From an uncultured Methylomirabilota bacterium (GTDB lineage Bacteria; Methylomirabilota; Methylomirabilia; Methylomirabilales; 2-02-FULL-66-22), in contig CAWJSJ010000005.1 in NCBI GenBank assembly GCA_963845565.1, positions 96,001 through 160,000 of the forward strand: a stretch of DNA of 64,000 bases, in the 5' to 3' direction. The notes under the pieces were generated by a model. It saw only the letters and a program-made list of their open reading frames with translations. It made no database searches and was not told where the DNA came from. Position numbers and translations under genes: made by a program. Positions within the stretch are counted from its first letter, which is position 1; the number at the start of each line of letters is the position of its first letter. Below, piece by piece: positions 1 through 11,543 of the stretch.

Positions 1-2735
1 CCGGGGTCAACTCCTCAATCACCCGCAGCAGTTCCTGCAAGCGCACCGGCTTGTGGAGGATGCGGTCCACCAGGCCGGGGCCGGCCGTCTCCTCCGTTTG
101 CTGGTCTGCCCAGCCGGTCAGCAGCACCACGGGGCAGGTCGGGACGCGGGCCTTGACGGCCGCCGCCACATCCCAGCCGGTGACCTCGGGCATGCTGAGG
201 TCGGTGAGGACCAGCTCCGCCGGTTCTTCGGTGAAGCGCATCAAGCCCTCGCCGCCGCTGGCGGCCTCGGTGATGCGGTGGCCGGCGGTGCGCAGCAGAC
301 TGGCGATGGTTCCTCGGACGCGCGGGTCGTCATCGACGACGAGGACGCGGCGGGAGGGGCGACGGCCGGGAGGCCGGGCCGGCGCGGTCGGAGGGCGCTC
401 GGGTACAGTCCGAAAGCGCAGCGTGAAGGTCGTACCGTGTCCGGGTGTGCTGCCGGCCACGATACTTCCCCCATGGCGTTCCATGATGCCGTACACCATG
501 GACAGGCCCAATCCGGTTCCCCGACCGCCCTTTGTCGTGAAGAAGGGCTCGAACGCTTGGCGCCGAACGGCATCCGTCATCCCGACGCCGGTGTCGGTCA
601 CGGTGAGCTCGACGAGTTGAGACCCCTGGTCACGACGCCCGCTGACCGATTCCGGCGGCAGGGGCATGCGTTCTTCGCCGTCGCCCGTTGACGACTCGGC
701 CGATTGCCCTGCCGACGGTTCGACGACGCGACCGGCGAACCACAACGCTCCCCCCTCGGGCATGGCGTCCACGGCGTTCAGGATGAGGTTGGTGAGGGCC
801 TCCCGAATCTCCGACACCCGCCCCAGGACCGGCGGCAGGCCGTGCAGGTCGGTCTTGACCTCGATCAGTCGCCCCTGTCGCTGGGCGTCGTCCCGCCAGT
901 GGGGCCGGGTGATCTCCAGCGCTTCGGTGACCGCGCGGGCGAGATCGCAGGGGACCAGCGCGCCGGCTGGCTGCTGCCGGGAGAATCCCTGCAGGCGGCG
1001 CACCACCTGGGCGCCATCCGCCGCCGCCACCTCCAGGATGCCAAGCGCGTCGATGATCTCCGGTTCCGCGGTCAGCGCGTGCATGAGTTCCGCCTGGCCG
1101 AGGATGGCGGCCAGGGTGTTGTTCAGGTCGTGGGCGATCCCGGCTGCCAGTTGCCCCAGAGCCCGGAGCTTCTCGGCCCGAACCAGTTCCTCCTGCGCCC
1201 GCTGGAGATCGGTGTACGAGCGATTGAGTTCCGCAAAGAGCCGGGCATTTTCGACGGCGATGGCGGCTTGCGCGGCGAAGAGGGCGAGGACCTCACCGTC
1301 TTCGCCGGTGAAGCGTTTGCCGGACCCTTCGTTGTCGAGGGCGATCACCCCGCCCAACCGTTCGCGATACAACAGCGGCTCCCCGATGACCGCCGTGACC
1401 CCGGGCCTTCGCAGGCTATCCGGGGTGGCGAAGGGGGACGTCCGGTAGTCGTTGACGATCATTCCCTGGCGCCGTGCCGCCACGGTTCCGGCCACGCCTT
1501 CCCCCAGGCGCCGGACCCGGGTGCCCGTCGGCGCTCCCGGGCTGAGCCAGGAGTGCGACACGAGGGCCTGCCGGTCCGCATCCCAGAGATAGAGCGTCCC
1601 CGACAGCGCGCCGACCAATTCCGCCGCGCGCCGCGCGATCAGGTTCAGCAGCGTGGTCGGATCCAGTTCGCGGGTGATCTCGGCACTGACGGTCCGGATG
1701 GCCTCCAGTTGGCGGGTGCGCCCGATCAGCGCGCGCTCCGTGCGCTTCAGCGCGGTGATGTTCCGGCTGATGCCGACCACGCCGACGATGCCTCCCCGGC
1801 TATCCCGCAAGGGCACCTTGGTCGTCAGGTGCCACGCCGGCTCGTCGTCGTCCCGACTCGGTCCCCGCTCTTCGTGATTCAGGAGGGGTTCGCCGGACCG
1901 GACCACACACTCCTCGTCGGAGCGGTACTGGGCCGCCAACGCGGCGGGCAAGAAATCCTGGTCGGTCTTCCCGACCGCCTCTTCCGGCGAGCGAACCCCG
2001 AGCAGGGCGGCCTGGGCGCGGTTGATCATCACGAAACGGCTCTGCGGGTCCTTGATGAAGATGTAGTCCGGGAGGTTGTCGATCAGGGTGCGCAGGAGGT
2101 TCCGTTCCGTCGCGAGGGCCGCCTCCGCCTCCTCGCGGGCAGTGACGTCCTGTGCGATGGCGATGAGATGGCTGATGGCGCCGGTCTGGTCCTTGACCGG
2201 GGTGATGGTCTGCTCCTCCGTGTACGGAGTTCCATCTTTCCGGGAGACGGCGATCTCACCATGCCACGGGCAACCGGACAGCGCGATCTCTTGCAGAATC
2301 CGGTCGAAGGTGGCGTTCCTGGCCCGTCACGCCTTGGTGATGGAGCGGCCGGCCGATGGCCTCTTCTGCCGCGTATCCCGTCAGGCGGGTAAACGCCGAG
2401 TTCACCCAGAGGACGCTCCCGGTGGCATCGGCAATGGCGACGGCGTTGGCCGCCGCCTGCAGGGCGGCACCGTGGACGCGCAAGGCGGTTTCGGTTGACC
2501 GGACCAGGGCGTCCCGGTGCTCGATCTTGGCGATCTCCCGGCGGACGAACAGGTAGAGAAACAGGCCGGTGCTGGCCACGAAGGCCCAGCCCTTCGCCGT
2601 TTGCAGGCGGGTCAGGAGGAGCGGATCGCTGGTGAGGGCAGCCAGCACGCGGTCGGACAGAATGATCCACGCGCCGGCAGCCAGGGCATACCACAGCGTG
2701 AGACGGAGTGCGGGATGCAGTGTTGGGATTCTCAT
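1..2735 (-). CDS. Hybrid sensor histidine kinase/response regulator (TM-PAS-PAS-GAF-HisKA-HATPase-REC); 3' end runs off the window; apparent frameshift at about 2320-2345
   Basis: Manual minus-strand translation shows H-box GQLAAGIAHDLNN, N-box NLILNAVDAM, G-boxes DTGVGM and FTTKGGRGTGLGL, and receiver VLVVDDD...LVLTDLSMP...KP. The N-terminal TM segments and first PAS start are in ORF 2256-2762, in a different frame. Confidence 0.85.
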
Positions 2736-2893
2736 GACCCGGGACACGGCCACGCCCGGCACGCGGATCGTCCGACAGGACTCCCTCGTTCGATCCGAGA
2801 GCGCACCGGCGTCCGGCGCCGCGCGACGGGCGCGCCATTTCGCGTTGCACGGGAATCGGCGTGGCCGCGGCCGATCCGGCGGAACACCGGACG

Positions 2894-3094
2894 TCAGGCG
2901 GCGACGCGCACCTGGGTCGCCTTGGGGCGGCCCCGATCATCCTGGCCCACCTCGAATTCGACGACTTCGCCTTCGCGCAACGTCCGCCCGGCTTCGACGT
3001 CGCTGGCGTGCACGAAGACGTCCGGTCCATTATCGTCCCGCACGAGAAATCCGAAACGCTTCGTGACGTTAAACCACTTTACCTTTCCCTTCAT
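2894..3094 (-). CDS. Cold-shock domain protein
   Basis: MKGKVKWFNVTKRFGFL...DVFVHAS (RNP1/RNP2 motifs), 66 aa, strong GGAGG RBS. Confidence 0.93.
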   Translation of the reverse strand: MKGKVKWFNVTKRFGFLVRDDNGPDVFVHASDVEAGRTLREGEVVEFEVGQDDRGRPKATQVRVAA

Positions 3095-3182
3095 GGTGCC
3101 CCTCCTCCCCGTGGTGAAACTGCACTGCAGCGGCCGACGACTGGCTGAGAACCGTTCGCCGGCAAGGGCGACTCCCATCGCC

Positions 3183-4127
3183 TCAATTGCTGATCGCCGC
3201 GAGGCCGTCGTCGGCCGCAACGTCGTTGGCATGGTTGAGCTCCGAGAGGCCGCGCCCCTGGAGGTCGAACAGGAAGAGTTTGAGTTTGCCGCCCAGTCGG
3301 TCCGATTCGAACACGATGAACCGGCCATCCGCGCTGATGGCGGGGAAGCCGTCGAAGGCGGTCGGATGATTCGCCTCCGGAAGCGCATCGAGCACCCGTC
3401 GTTCGCGATCGAAGAGAAAGACGTCCTCCTGTCCGCGATGGCGGTCCGATTGGAACACGACGAACCGGCCGTCGGCGCTGATGGAGGGGTAGCCGTCGTT
3501 GGCGTTGGCGCTGTTGGCCTCTTCGAGGGGGTCCAGCGCGCTCCGCTGGCGGTCGAGCAGATACAGGTGGTTTCGACCGCCGCGTCGGTTGGAGGTGAAG
3601 ACCACGAAGCGTCCGGGGAACACCGAGGTGGCGACGCTGACCCGGCCGGCCAGCGAGATGCCGCCACCCGGGCCCGGGGTCCGGACCTCCACCGTCATTT
3701 CGCGCGGGACCGCCAGCAGATGAGCCGGGATCGTGCCGCGCAGCTCCTCTGCGCTCCGGTACGTCGTCGGGATCGGCGTGCCCGTGACGTGGATGGTGGA
3801 GTCCGGCTGGAACGCCTTTCCAAAAACCGTGAGGGGTGTCGGCGGGTCGCCTGCCGCCAGGGGCCGCACCTCGATGACGGCGAGTTGCGGGGCCGGTTTG
3901 GTGGCGTCGCTCGCCGGAGCGGGGCGCGGATCCGGCCCGGCGATCGGGTTCTCGGCGGCATCCGCGCACACGGCGAGGCCGAGGGCGTAGAGTGCGAGAA
4001 GCGCGGCGAGGGCAATGCGGCGCGCGGCATGCCGGACGCGGGATTCGCGTCCGGGAGGGCCGTTCCGCACTCGGCATTCTCCATGCCCCATCCGACGTCG
4101 CGGCGATCCGTACAGGGATGTCGTCAT
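3183..4127 (-). CDS. Exported protein with an IPT/TIG-like domain and TolB/PD40-type repeats
   Basis: Hydrophobic signal-like segment; repeats of [16 protein letters not shown] and [20 protein letters not shown] overlap with the uvrB stop; start uncertain. Confidence 0.75.
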   Translation of the reverse strand: MTTSLYGSPRRRMGHGECRVRNGPPGRESRVRHAARRIALAALLALYALGLAVCADAAENPIAGPDPRPAPASDATKPAPQLAVIEVRPLAAGDPPTPLTVFGKAFQPDSTIHVTGTPIPTTYRSAEELRGTIPAHLLAVPREMTVEVRTPGPGGGISLAGRVSVATSVFPGRFVVFTSNRRGGRNHLYLLDRQRSALDPLEEANSANANDGYPSISADGRFVVFQSDRHRGQEDVFLFDRERRVLDALPEANHPTAFDGFPAISADGRFIVFESDRLGGKLKLFLFDLQGRGLSELNHANDVAADDGLAAISN

Positions 4128-6238
4128 GGCGTGCCGTCCACGATCCCCAGTCGCCGCCGCTCCAGGTCGGCGATCCGGTCCCGGAGCTCCGCCGCTCTCT
4201 CGAACTCCAGGCCCTTGGCCGCGGCCCGCATCTCCTTGTCCAGCCGGACGACCAGCCCCGGGATCTCCTCGCGGGGAATGTAGTCGACCGCGCGATCGTC
4301 GACGGACGGCACGGTGTAGTAGTCGCGCTCGTAGATGCTGGCCAGCACGTCCTGGATTCCCTTCTTGACGCTCTCGGGGGTGATCCCGTGCTCCTGGTTG
4401 TACGCCAACTGGAGCTGGCGGCGGCGCGAGGTCTCGCCGATGGCCTGTCGCATCGACGCGGTCATCACATCGGCGTAGAAGATCACCTGCCCCTCGACGT
4501 TCCGCGCCGCTCGTCCCGCGGTCTGGATCAGCGAGCCCGCTGACCGGAGGAACCCCTCCTTGTCCGCGTCCAGGATGGCTACCAGGGACACCTCGGGAAT
4601 ATCGAGCCCTTCGCGCAGCAGATTGATCCCGACCAAGACGTCGAATTTCCCGAGGCGGAGATCGCGGATGATCTCGTTCCGCTGCAGCGTGTCGATATCC
4701 GAGTGGAGGTAGCGCACGCGGATCCCCACGTCGGACAGGTAATCGGTCAATTCCTCGGCCATGCGCTTGGTGAGCGTGGTGACGAGGACCCGCTGCGTCC
4801 GGGCGGCGCGCCCCCGGATCTCGTGGATCAGATCGTCGATCTGCCCGGCGGTGGGCCGAACCAGGATCTCGGGATCGATCAGCCCGGTGGGACGGATGAT
4901 CTGCTCCGCCACCTGGCCGGCGGCCCGCTCCATCTCGTAGGGGCCCGGCGTGGCCGAGACGTAGAGCACCTGGTTCACGCAGCGCTCGAACTCGGCAAAG
5001 GTCAGCGGACGGTTGTCCAGGGCCGAGGGGAGCCGGAAGCCATACTCCACCAGCGTCTCCTTGCGCGAGCGGTCGCCGCGGTACATGCCGCGGACCTGCG
5101 GCAACGTCTGGTGGGATTCGTCGATGATGACCAACGCGTCCTTGGGCAGGTAATCCATCAGGGTCGGGGGTGCCTCCCCCGCCTCGCGATCGGAGAGATG
5201 CCGGGAGTAATTCTCGATCCCCTTGCAGGTGCCGATCTCGCGCATCATCTCCAGATCAAAGAGGGTACGCTGGCGCAGGCGCTGCGCCTCGAGGAGTTTG
5301 TTGGCGACCTGAAGCTCCTCCAGTCGAATCGCCAATTCCGCCTCGATGGCGGCAAAGGCGCGCTCCAGACGGTCCCGGGGTGTGACATAGTGGTTGGCGG
5401 GGTAGATCGGGATCCGGCGCAACCGGTGGCGTTTCTCGCCGGTCAAGGGGTCGAACTGGACGATCGTTTCCACCTCGTCTCCGAACAGCTCGACCCGGAT
5501 GGCGAAGTCGTCGTACGCGGGGAAAATCTCGACGACGTCGCCGCGGGCCCGGAATGTCCCCCGATGAAGGTCGAGGTCGTTGCGCTGGTACTGGATCTCG
5601 ACCAGCTTTCGAAGCATGGCGTCCCGGGGGCTCGCGGAGCCCTCCTCCAGGAGGAGCACCATACCGTAGTACACTTCGGGCGACCCCAGGCCGTAGATGC
5701 ACGAGACGGACGCCACGATGACCACGTCGCGCCGCTCCAGGAGGCTCCGGGTGGCGGAGTGGCGCAGCTTATCGATATTGTCGTTGATGAGCGCGTCCTT
5801 CTCGATGTACGTGTCGCTCTGCGGGATGTACGCCTCGGGCTGGTAGTAGTCGTAATAGGAGACGAAGTACTCGACGGCGTTGTGCGGAAAGAACTGCTTG
5901 AACTCGTTATAGAGCTGGGCGGCCAGCGTCTTGTTGTGGGCAACGACGAGCGTGGGACGCTCCACCGTGGCGATCACGTTCGCCATGGTGAACGTCTTCC
6001 CCGAGCCCGTCACGCCCAGGAGCACCTGGTGGCGCTCGCCCGCGCGGAGCCCCTCGGTCAGTTGTGCGATCGCCCTCGGCTGGTCCCCGCGGGGCTGGTA
6101 GTCGCAGACCAGCGTGAAACGGGACTGCCCCTCCGCGCCGGGGTTAGGCCCTGTCGCAGCCGGGTCCGGTCCGACTTCGGACGCGAGGGGGCGTTCGACC
6201 ACCCCGACCCGCCGGCGCGCACCGCGTGTGTTGTTCAC
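4124..6238 (-). CDS. uvrB: Excinuclease ABC subunit B
   Basis: [54 protein letters not shown]-terminal UVR domain [11 protein letters not shown]; start (GTG) approximate. Confidence 0.97.
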   Translation of the reverse strand: MNNTRGARRRVGVVERPLASEVGPDPAATGPNPGAEGQSRFTLVCDYQPRGDQPRAIAQLTEGLRAGERHQVLLGVTGSGKTFTMANVIATVERPTLVVAHNKTLAAQLYNEFKQFFPHNAVEYFVSYYDYYQPEAYIPQSDTYIEKDALINDNIDKLRHSATRSLLERRDVVIVASVSCIYGLGSPEVYYGMVLLLEEGSASPRDAMLRKLVEIQYQRNDLDLHRGTFRARGDVVEIFPAYDDFAIRVELFGDEVETIVQFDPLTGEKRHRLRRIPIYPANHYVTPRDRLERAFAAIEAELAIRLEELQVANKLLEAQRLRQRTLFDLEMMREIGTCKGIENYSRHLSDREAGEAPPTLMDYLPKDALVIIDESHQTLPQVRGMYRGDRSRKETLVEYGFRLPSALDNRPLTFAEFERCVNQVLYVSATPGPYEMERAAGQVAEQIIRPTGLIDPEILVRPTAGQIDDLIHEIRGRAARTQRVLVTTLTKRMAEELTDYLSDVGIRVRYLHSDIDTLQRNEIIRDLRLGKFDVLVGINLLREGLDIPEVSLVAILDADKEGFLRSAGSLIQTAGRAARNVEGQVIFYADVMTASMRQAIGETSRRRQLQLAYNQEHGITPESVKKGIQDVLASIYERDYYTVPSVDDRAVDYIPREEIPGLVVRLDKEMRAAAKGLEFERAAELRDRIADLERRRLGIVDGTP

Positions 6239-6242
6239 ATCT

Positions 6243-6629
6243 CTACCGCGTTTTCGAGGGGCCAGGTGGCGCGGGCGGGGTCGCCACCGCGGGGTCTCCG
6301 ACCCGCCAGGCGGGCGCCGCACCGCGTGTCCGGGCGGCGAACTCGGCAAACGGCTCGGTCGGCGCGACGGCGTTGGGGATCACCAGGAGTCGTCCCAGTT
6401 CAAGCCGGTTCGGATTCCGGAGTTGGTCTCGGTTGGCGGTCCAGATGCGTGTCCACTGGCGGGTGTCCCCGTAGTAATAGCCGGCGATCAGGCGCAAGCC
6501 GTCTCCGGGTGTGACCTCATGGAGCAGATCGCCGGCCGCCGCGGCCGTGGCGGGCTGCGGCGCCAGTGCCAGCACGCCCACGACCAGGGCCAGCATCGAA
6601 AACACTCGCATCGCGTGCCGCGTTCCCAT
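6243..6629 (-). CDS. Secreted LysM-domain protein
   Basis: Signal peptide then [19 protein letters not shown]...[35 protein letters not shown]. Confidence 0.85.
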   Translation of the reverse strand: MGTRHAMRVFSMLALVVGVLALAPQPATAAAAGDLLHEVTPGDGLRLIAGYYYGDTRQWTRIWTANRDQLRNPNRLELGRLLVIPNAVAPTEPFAEFAARTRGAAPAWRVGDPAVATPPAPPGPSKTR

Positions 6630-6642
6630 GGCAAACCTCCTG

Positions 6643-7188
6643 TCAGCAGTTCCCCGTGGTCGGCAGTTCGTCCGTCTCGGCCGGCAGGTATCTTCGCCAG
6701 CGCTCGTCATGGTGCGAGGCATACGCCAGGATGCCCAAATAGGATGCCGAGCGGGGTCGGGTGGGTTTGCGCCGCAGCCGCAGGCCGACCTCGCCGGGCG
6801 ACTTGTTTCCCTTGCGGAGATTGCAGGCTCGGCATGCGCTCACCACGTTCTCCCACACCGTGCGTCCGCCGAGGGATTTGGGGATCACGTGATCGATGGT
6901 CATCCGCTCGCCGCCGTTCCGGCCGCAATACTGGCAAGTGAAGGCGTCTCGCTTGAAGATATTCTTCTTGTTGAACGACAACGTTGGCGCGTTCGGTTGT
7001 CTCACAAAATGTTGGAGCCGAATGACCGACGGAATGGGGACGGTCGTGGAGGGAGACCGCATCACGTGGACAGTATCTTCAATCCGCTCGGCTTTGCCGG
7101 CAAACAGCAAAATCACCGCCCTTCGGGCGCTGCAGAGCTGCAACGGCTCGAAGGTCTGGTTCAGGATGAGCACGCGTCGTGAGTCCAT
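6643..7188 (-). CDS. HNH endonuclease (McrA-like, COG1403 type)
   Basis: VLILNQTFEPL N-terminus; RDAFTCQYCG...TIDHVIPKSLGG...WENVVSACRACNLRKGN. Confidence 0.9.
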   Translation of the reverse strand: MDSRRVLILNQTFEPLQLCSARRAVILLFAGKAERIEDTVHVMRSPSTTVPIPSVIRLQHFVRQPNAPTLSFNKKNIFKRDAFTCQYCGRNGGERMTIDHVIPKSLGGRTVWENVVSACRACNLRKGNKSPGEVGLRLRRKPTRPRSASYLGILAYASHHDERWRRYLPAETDELPTTGNC

Positions 7189-7265
7189 AGAACGGTACGG
7201 TGACGCGGCGCCGAGGCCCGGGCGTCGCGCGGGTTGTTCATGTGTAACGCATCACCCCGGCCTTG

Positions 7266-8267
7266 TCAAGTTTCCGCCGGTCGGTCGGCGGGCGTGTCGC
7301 GGCCGAGCAGGTCCAGCAAGATCCCCTCCCGCAGCCCGCCATCGCTGACCATGAGGCTGCCGGCGCCCAGGGCGTCCATGGCCGCCAGGCACACCGCCGT
7401 CCCGGCCACCATGACGTCCGCCCGTCCCGCTTCGAGCCCGCGGACCTCCCGCCGGCGTGCGAGCGGGAGGGACGCCAACCGGCACAGCAGCTCCGCGACC
7501 CGCTCCCGTGTCAGCCGGTGCCCGTTGACACGGGCCGGGTCGTACGGATCCAGGCCGAGGTCGACGGCCGCCAGGCTCGTCACCGTCCCGGCGGTTCCCA
7601 CCAAGACGGCCTCGCGCGTCAGGCCGTGGAATTCCTCCCGCAGGAGGCGGGCGAACCGGCTCGCGGCGACTTGCCGCAGGGCATCCATCTCACCGGGATC
7701 GGGAGGGTCCGCCTTGAGGAACCGTTCGGTCAGCTTCACCACCCCCAACCCGGTGCTGGCAGAGGCGAGGATCCGTGGCCCATCGGCCAGGAGGAGCTCG
7801 GTGCTCCCACCGCCGATGTCCAGCATGACCAGACGATCGGGGGGTGTCGGCAATCCGGCGCGGACCCCCAGGAGGGTGAGCCGCCCCTCCTCCGTCCCGG
7901 AGATGACCGCGATCTCGATCCCGGCGTCGCGTCGGGCGCGCGCCAGGAACGCGGCACGATTGACGGCCTCACGCAGGGCGCTGGTGCCGACGGCACGGAT
8001 GATGGCCGCGCCCTGAGTCTCGGCCGTCTCGCGAAAGCGCCGGAGGGCGTGGAGCGTGCGCCGGATCGGGGCCGGCTGCAGTATCTTGTCGGGAAGCAAC
8101 CCCTCGCCCAGGCGGGTGATCTCCTGATCGGTCAACAGGGGTCGGTAGGCGGACCCGCCTACGCGGTCCGCCACCAGCAACCGTACCGTATTGGTACCGA
8201 CGTCTATGACCGCGATCGCATGGGCTGATTGACGATTGACGATTGCGGATTGTCGATTGGAAGACAC
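7266..8267 (-). CDS. ppx: Ppx/GppA family exopolyphosphatase
   Basis: IDVGTNTVRL, GTSALREA, ISGTEEG, DIGGGSTE, GLREG; start uncertain (8267 GTG or 8315). Confidence 0.9.
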   Translation of the reverse strand: MSSNRQSAIVNRQSAHAIAVIDVGTNTVRLLVADRVGGSAYRPLLTDQEITRLGEGLLPDKILQPAPIRRTLHALRRFRETAETQGAAIIRAVGTSALREAVNRAAFLARARRDAGIEIAVISGTEEGRLTLLGVRAGLPTPPDRLVMLDIGGGSTELLLADGPRILASASTGLGVVKLTERFLKADPPDPGEMDALRQVAASRFARLLREEFHGLTREAVLVGTAGTVTSLAAVDLGLDPYDPARVNGHRLTRERVAELLCRLASLPLARRREVRGLEAGRADVMVAGTAVCLAAMDALGAGSLMVSDGGLREGILLDLLGRDTPADRPAET

Positions 8268-8317
8268 GCGGCGCCCCCGTCGCCAAATCGACAATCGCCA
8301 TTCGTCAATCGTCAATT
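8227..8317. repeat. Palindrome with arms of five tandem 7-mers (GATTGAC / GTCAATC)
   Basis: Left 8227-8261 gattgac gattgac gattgcg gattgtc gattgga; right 8283-8317 ccaaatc gacaatc gccattc gtcaatc gtcaatt; includes the rqcH stop codon. Confidence 0.9.
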
Positions 8318-10122
8318 CCTTGGGCCAGCTTGGCGATGAGCGACTTGTCCGGGGGCACCACGATCGACTTCTCCTGCGTGATCGTCACCAAGCCCGGCTT
8401 GGACTTCCGCGGTTTGCGCACGTACTTGCGCAGGGTGTAGTCCACCACCACCTTCCCGTGATCGCGCGCCTGGCTATAGTAGGCGGCGAGCTGAGCGGCC
8501 TCGACCAGCGTCCGACGGGGAAACCCGCTGGTCCGAGTTCGGGGGCGGACGACAACGTGCGATCCCGAGAAACCCTGCACGTGCAGCCAGAGATCCTCCG
8601 ACCGGGCGAGGTGCACGGTCAGGTAGTCGTTCCCCTCGTTGTCTCGACCCACCAGGATGGGCAGCCCATCCGACGAGACGAAGCGACGCGGCACGGGCCC
8701 GGCCGGGCGACCATCTTTGCCCGGGCGCTCCGGACGCGGACCGGGCCGTCCGGTCGGAACCGCGTGGGGTACCAACGCCGTTATGGCGGCCAGGTCGCGC
8801 GGGCCCAAGAGGCGTGGCACCTGCTCGAGTTCCCGCTGGAGCGCTTCCATCTCTTCGGCGGGGTCGGCCGCCCGAGCGCCCCAGGCCTGCACCCGGGCCA
8901 GTTCGGCCTCGGTCTCGGCAAGACGCGTCGTCACCCGCGTCGCGCCCCGACGGCCCCGGCGCGCCGCCTTGAAGAGGCGCTCCGCGTTGGCAGACGGGGA
9001 GACCGACGGGTCCAGGGGAACGACCAGGGTGGCACCTGCCCCTTGGGCCGGATCGGGGAGCGTCACCTGCGTCGCCCCCCGGGAAACCTCTGCCTGATGG
9101 GCGACCAGGATTTCGCCCATGCGCTGCTGGATCTGGGCGCGACCGAATTCTCGGGATTCATCGAGCAGCTTGGCCTGCCGGGAACGGAGGCGCTCCTCCA
9201 GGCGACGGAGGAGCCGGCTGAGGATTCGCCGGCGGACATCACGAGAGTGGCGTGCGGTCAGCGAGTCGGCCAAGCGCTCGGTCGCATCGTGAAGCGACGG
9301 GCAGGCCCGCTGTCGATCGTCCGGCAGGTGACGAAGCCGGAGGGGAGACATCTCGGTCGGATCCCCGGTCGTGTCAAGGATGACCGTGGGTTCCCAGGGC
9401 CCGGATTCGATCTCGCGAAGCAGTGCGACGAGCGCGGCCGCCAGGTTCGTCGCAGTCTCCTCGGTTGCCCGCGCGGCGACCTCGTGCGCCCAGCGGTCCG
9501 TGAGGCCGAGGAACGCCCGGCGCAGGGCCGAGACCGCTCCGGCCCCTCCCGCCAGGCAGGGCGCCAGAGCAGCCTGGACGGCCTCGCGGGAGCCGAGGAG
9601 CCGGGCATCCGCCCGTGCAGCGACCGGAGGAGGCGTGTAGGGGCTGCCGATCTCGAGCGTCCGCGCTGCGGCCGCCGGGCTAGGCCGCACGGCTTCGAGG
9701 ACGGTCTCGGCGGATGCGTCCGTCAGGATGAGATTCGGACGGGACCCGAACAACTCGGCATGCAGGTGGTAACGACTCGGGGGCGCCGCCCCGGAGGCTG
9801 GGGCCACCAGCACGGCGAATTCGAGGGTGACCATCCGTTCCAGCCCGCGCTGCTCGATCGTCTCCAGGCGAGTACCGGGGAGGACGCGGCGGGCCGCGCC
9901 GACGAAAGGGGGGAGGGTCTTGGCCCGTGGCGGCCGACCGGCGCCACGAACGATCCTGGGGAGCAACTCGTCGGCGCTGACCAGCACGCTCTCGACGCCT
10001 TGGGTGGTTACCAGCTCCATCCAAAGGCCCGACGAGCCTGCCGGGTACACCCCCCGCACCAGGGCGCCCGTCAGGGCACGCCGCGCATCTGCGACCAGGG
10101 CCAGAAGCGATATCGCATCCAT
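8305..10122 (-). CDS. rqcH: NFACT/FbpA family ribosome quality-control protein (RqcH/Rqc2)
   Basis: LHAELFGSRPNLILTD, coiled coil, LDPSVSPSANAERLFK, C-terminal NFACT-R ILVGRDNEGNDYLT...DLWLHVQGFSGSHVV...AAQLAAYYSQAR. Confidence 0.9.
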   Translation of the reverse strand: MDAISLLALVADARRALTGALVRGVYPAGSSGLWMELVTTQGVESVLVSADELLPRIVRGAGRPPRAKTLPPFVGAARRVLPGTRLETIEQRGLERMVTLEFAVLVAPASGAAPPSRYHLHAELFGSRPNLILTDASAETVLEAVRPSPAAAARTLEIGSPYTPPPVAARADARLLGSREAVQAALAPCLAGGAGAVSALRRAFLGLTDRWAHEVAARATEETATNLAAALVALLREIESGPWEPTVILDTTGDPTEMSPLRLRHLPDDRQRACPSLHDATERLADSLTARHSRDVRRRILSRLLRRLEERLRSRQAKLLDESREFGRAQIQQRMGEILVAHQAEVSRGATQVTLPDPAQGAGATLVVPLDPSVSPSANAERLFKAARRGRRGATRVTTRLAETEAELARVQAWGARAADPAEEMEALQRELEQVPRLLGPRDLAAITALVPHAVPTGRPGPRPERPGKDGRPAGPVPRRFVSSDGLPILVGRDNEGNDYLTVHLARSEDLWLHVQGFSGSHVVVRPRTRTSGFPRRTLVEAAQLAAYYSQARDHGKVVVDYTLRKYVRKPRKSKPGLVTITQEKSIVVPPDKSLIAKLAQGIDD

Positions 10123-10129
10123 GGGGCGC

Positions 10130-10135
10130 ACTATA
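10130..10135 (-). promoter_or_regulatory. Putative -10 box (TATAGT) 7 nt upstream of the rqcH ATG, consistent with a leaderless transcript
   Basis: Minus strand reads gagTATAGTgcgccccATG; no SD sequence. Confidence 0.45.
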
Positions 10136-10277
10136 CTCCAGCAGCCCGGCCACTGCCAGCCCAGCGTCGGCCCATCCGTGCCTTTCGCTTGACAGGCGCT
10201 CCCCCTCTGCGCCATCCTGCGTCCGTGCCTGGACGCGGCGGGGAGGGCGGCCGTCCGGGGTGGAGCGTACGGACCGA

Positions 10278-10880
10278 ATGGTCAAGCCGTGTCTCGTACT
10301 CCTGGCCGGCGGGGCGGCTAGCGGGAAGAGTGGGTTGGCGCGAGCGCTGGTTCGCCGCGTGCCCAATGCCATCCTCCTCGACAAGGATCGCCTCCTCGGC
10401 GCGTGGGTCGATCTCGTCTTGCGGGCCGCCGGCGAGGAGGTTGACCGCGACAGCCGATACTACTGGCAAGAGGTGCGGCCCCAGGAATATGCCACGCTGG
10501 AAGCGGCCGCGTACGATCATCTGGCATTGGGCAAAGTCGTGGTCATCGATGCGCCGCTCCGGCCGGAATTGAACGATCCGGTGTGGGTGGCGCGTGTTCG
10601 GAAGGAATGCCAGGCGCGGGCGGCGCACCTGATGGCGATCTGGGTGGTCGTGTCACCCGACACGGCCCGGCGGCGCATGCTGGCGCGGGGCGAGGCGCGC
10701 GATGCCTGGAAGCTCGCGCATTGGGAGGAATTCCTGCGGCGGCAGCCCTACGACCCGCCCGCGGGCGCCTCGGTCGTGATCGAGAACGACGACGGGGAAT
10801 CGCCGGATCGCTCGATCACGCGCCTGCTCGACACCATCCGGTCTCGAACGGCAACGGATAGCGAGGGGACATCATCATGA
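10278..10880 (+). CDS. P-loop kinase (AAA_33-like)
   Basis: Walker A GGAASGKS, LLDKD, VVIDAP, lid RRRMLARG; ATGA overlap with the next gene. Confidence 0.8.
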   Translation: MVKPCLVLLAGGAASGKSGLARALVRRVPNAILLDKDRLLGAWVDLVLRAAGEEVDRDSRYYWQEVRPQEYATLEAAAYDHLALGKVVVIDAPLRPELNDPVWVARVRKECQARAAHLMAIWVVVSPDTARRRMLARGEARDAWKLAHWEEFLRRQPYDPPAGASVVIENDDGESPDRSITRLLDTIRSRTATDSEGTSS

Positions 10881-11539
10881 CCACAAAAGACGAGGCGCTT
10901 CGAGGGATCTTGGCCCGCCAGGCTGTGCTGCCGATCATGACAATCCGGAGCGTGGACACGGCGCTCCGGATCGCCGAGAGTCTGCTGGCCGGTGGGCTGT
11001 CTGTCATGGAGATCACCCTGCGGACGGCGGAGGGCGCCCAGGCCATCACGGCGATCCGCAGCCGTTTTCCGGAGATGAGCATCGGCGCCGGGACGCTGCT
11101 GCGGCCGGAGGACTTCGACCGGGCCGCCACGGCAGGTGCGCAATTCGGCGTCAGCCCGGGGATGGATCGCGCGCTGGCCGAGGCCGCGGTCAAGAGCGCG
11201 CTTCCGTTCCTGCCCGGCGTGCAGACGGCGTCGGAGGTGATGGGTGCGATCGGGTATGGGATGCGCACGCTCAAGTTTTACCCCGCCCGCGCGGCAGGCG
11301 GCGCGCCGGTGCTGGCCGATTTCGGTAACATATTCCAGGATGTGGTCTTCGTGCCGACCGGGAAGCTCGGGCAGGCGGATGTTTCCGAGTATCTGGCGTT
11401 GAAGAATGTCCTGTGCGTCGGCGGCTCATGGGTCACACCGCCAGACCGGGTGTCAGCGCAGGACTGGGACGCCATCACCCAGGTGGCCCGACAGGTGGCG
11501 CAAATGCGCGCAGCCAACCCGAGCGGTCCCACCCGTTGA
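10877..11539 (+). CDS. eda: KDPG/KHG aldolase
   Basis: MEITLRT, IGAGT, FGVSPG, PGVQTASE, LKFYPA, FVPTG, CVGGSW. Confidence 0.92.
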   Translation: MTTKDEALRGILARQAVLPIMTIRSVDTALRIAESLLAGGLSVMEITLRTAEGAQAITAIRSRFPEMSIGAGTLLRPEDFDRAATAGAQFGVSPGMDRALAEAAVKSALPFLPGVQTASEVMGAIGYGMRTLKFYPARAAGGAPVLADFGNIFQDVVFVPTGKLGQADVSEYLALKNVLCVGGSWVTPPDRVSAQDWDAITQVARQVAQMRAANPSGPTR

Positions 11540-11543
11540 CCGG

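Noticed and set aside
2320..2345. In-frame TGA in the kinase as selenocysteine or programmed recoding
   Set aside because: It lies at a frame break inside a PAS domain with no Cys-equivalent position; indel errors are common in this window.
6643..7188. HNH gene as an RNA-guided nuclease (IscB or HEARO-like) or restriction system
   Set aside because: No RuvC or PLMP motifs, only about 75 bp of upstream intergenic space, and no methyltransferase; it matches the common stand-alone HNH family.
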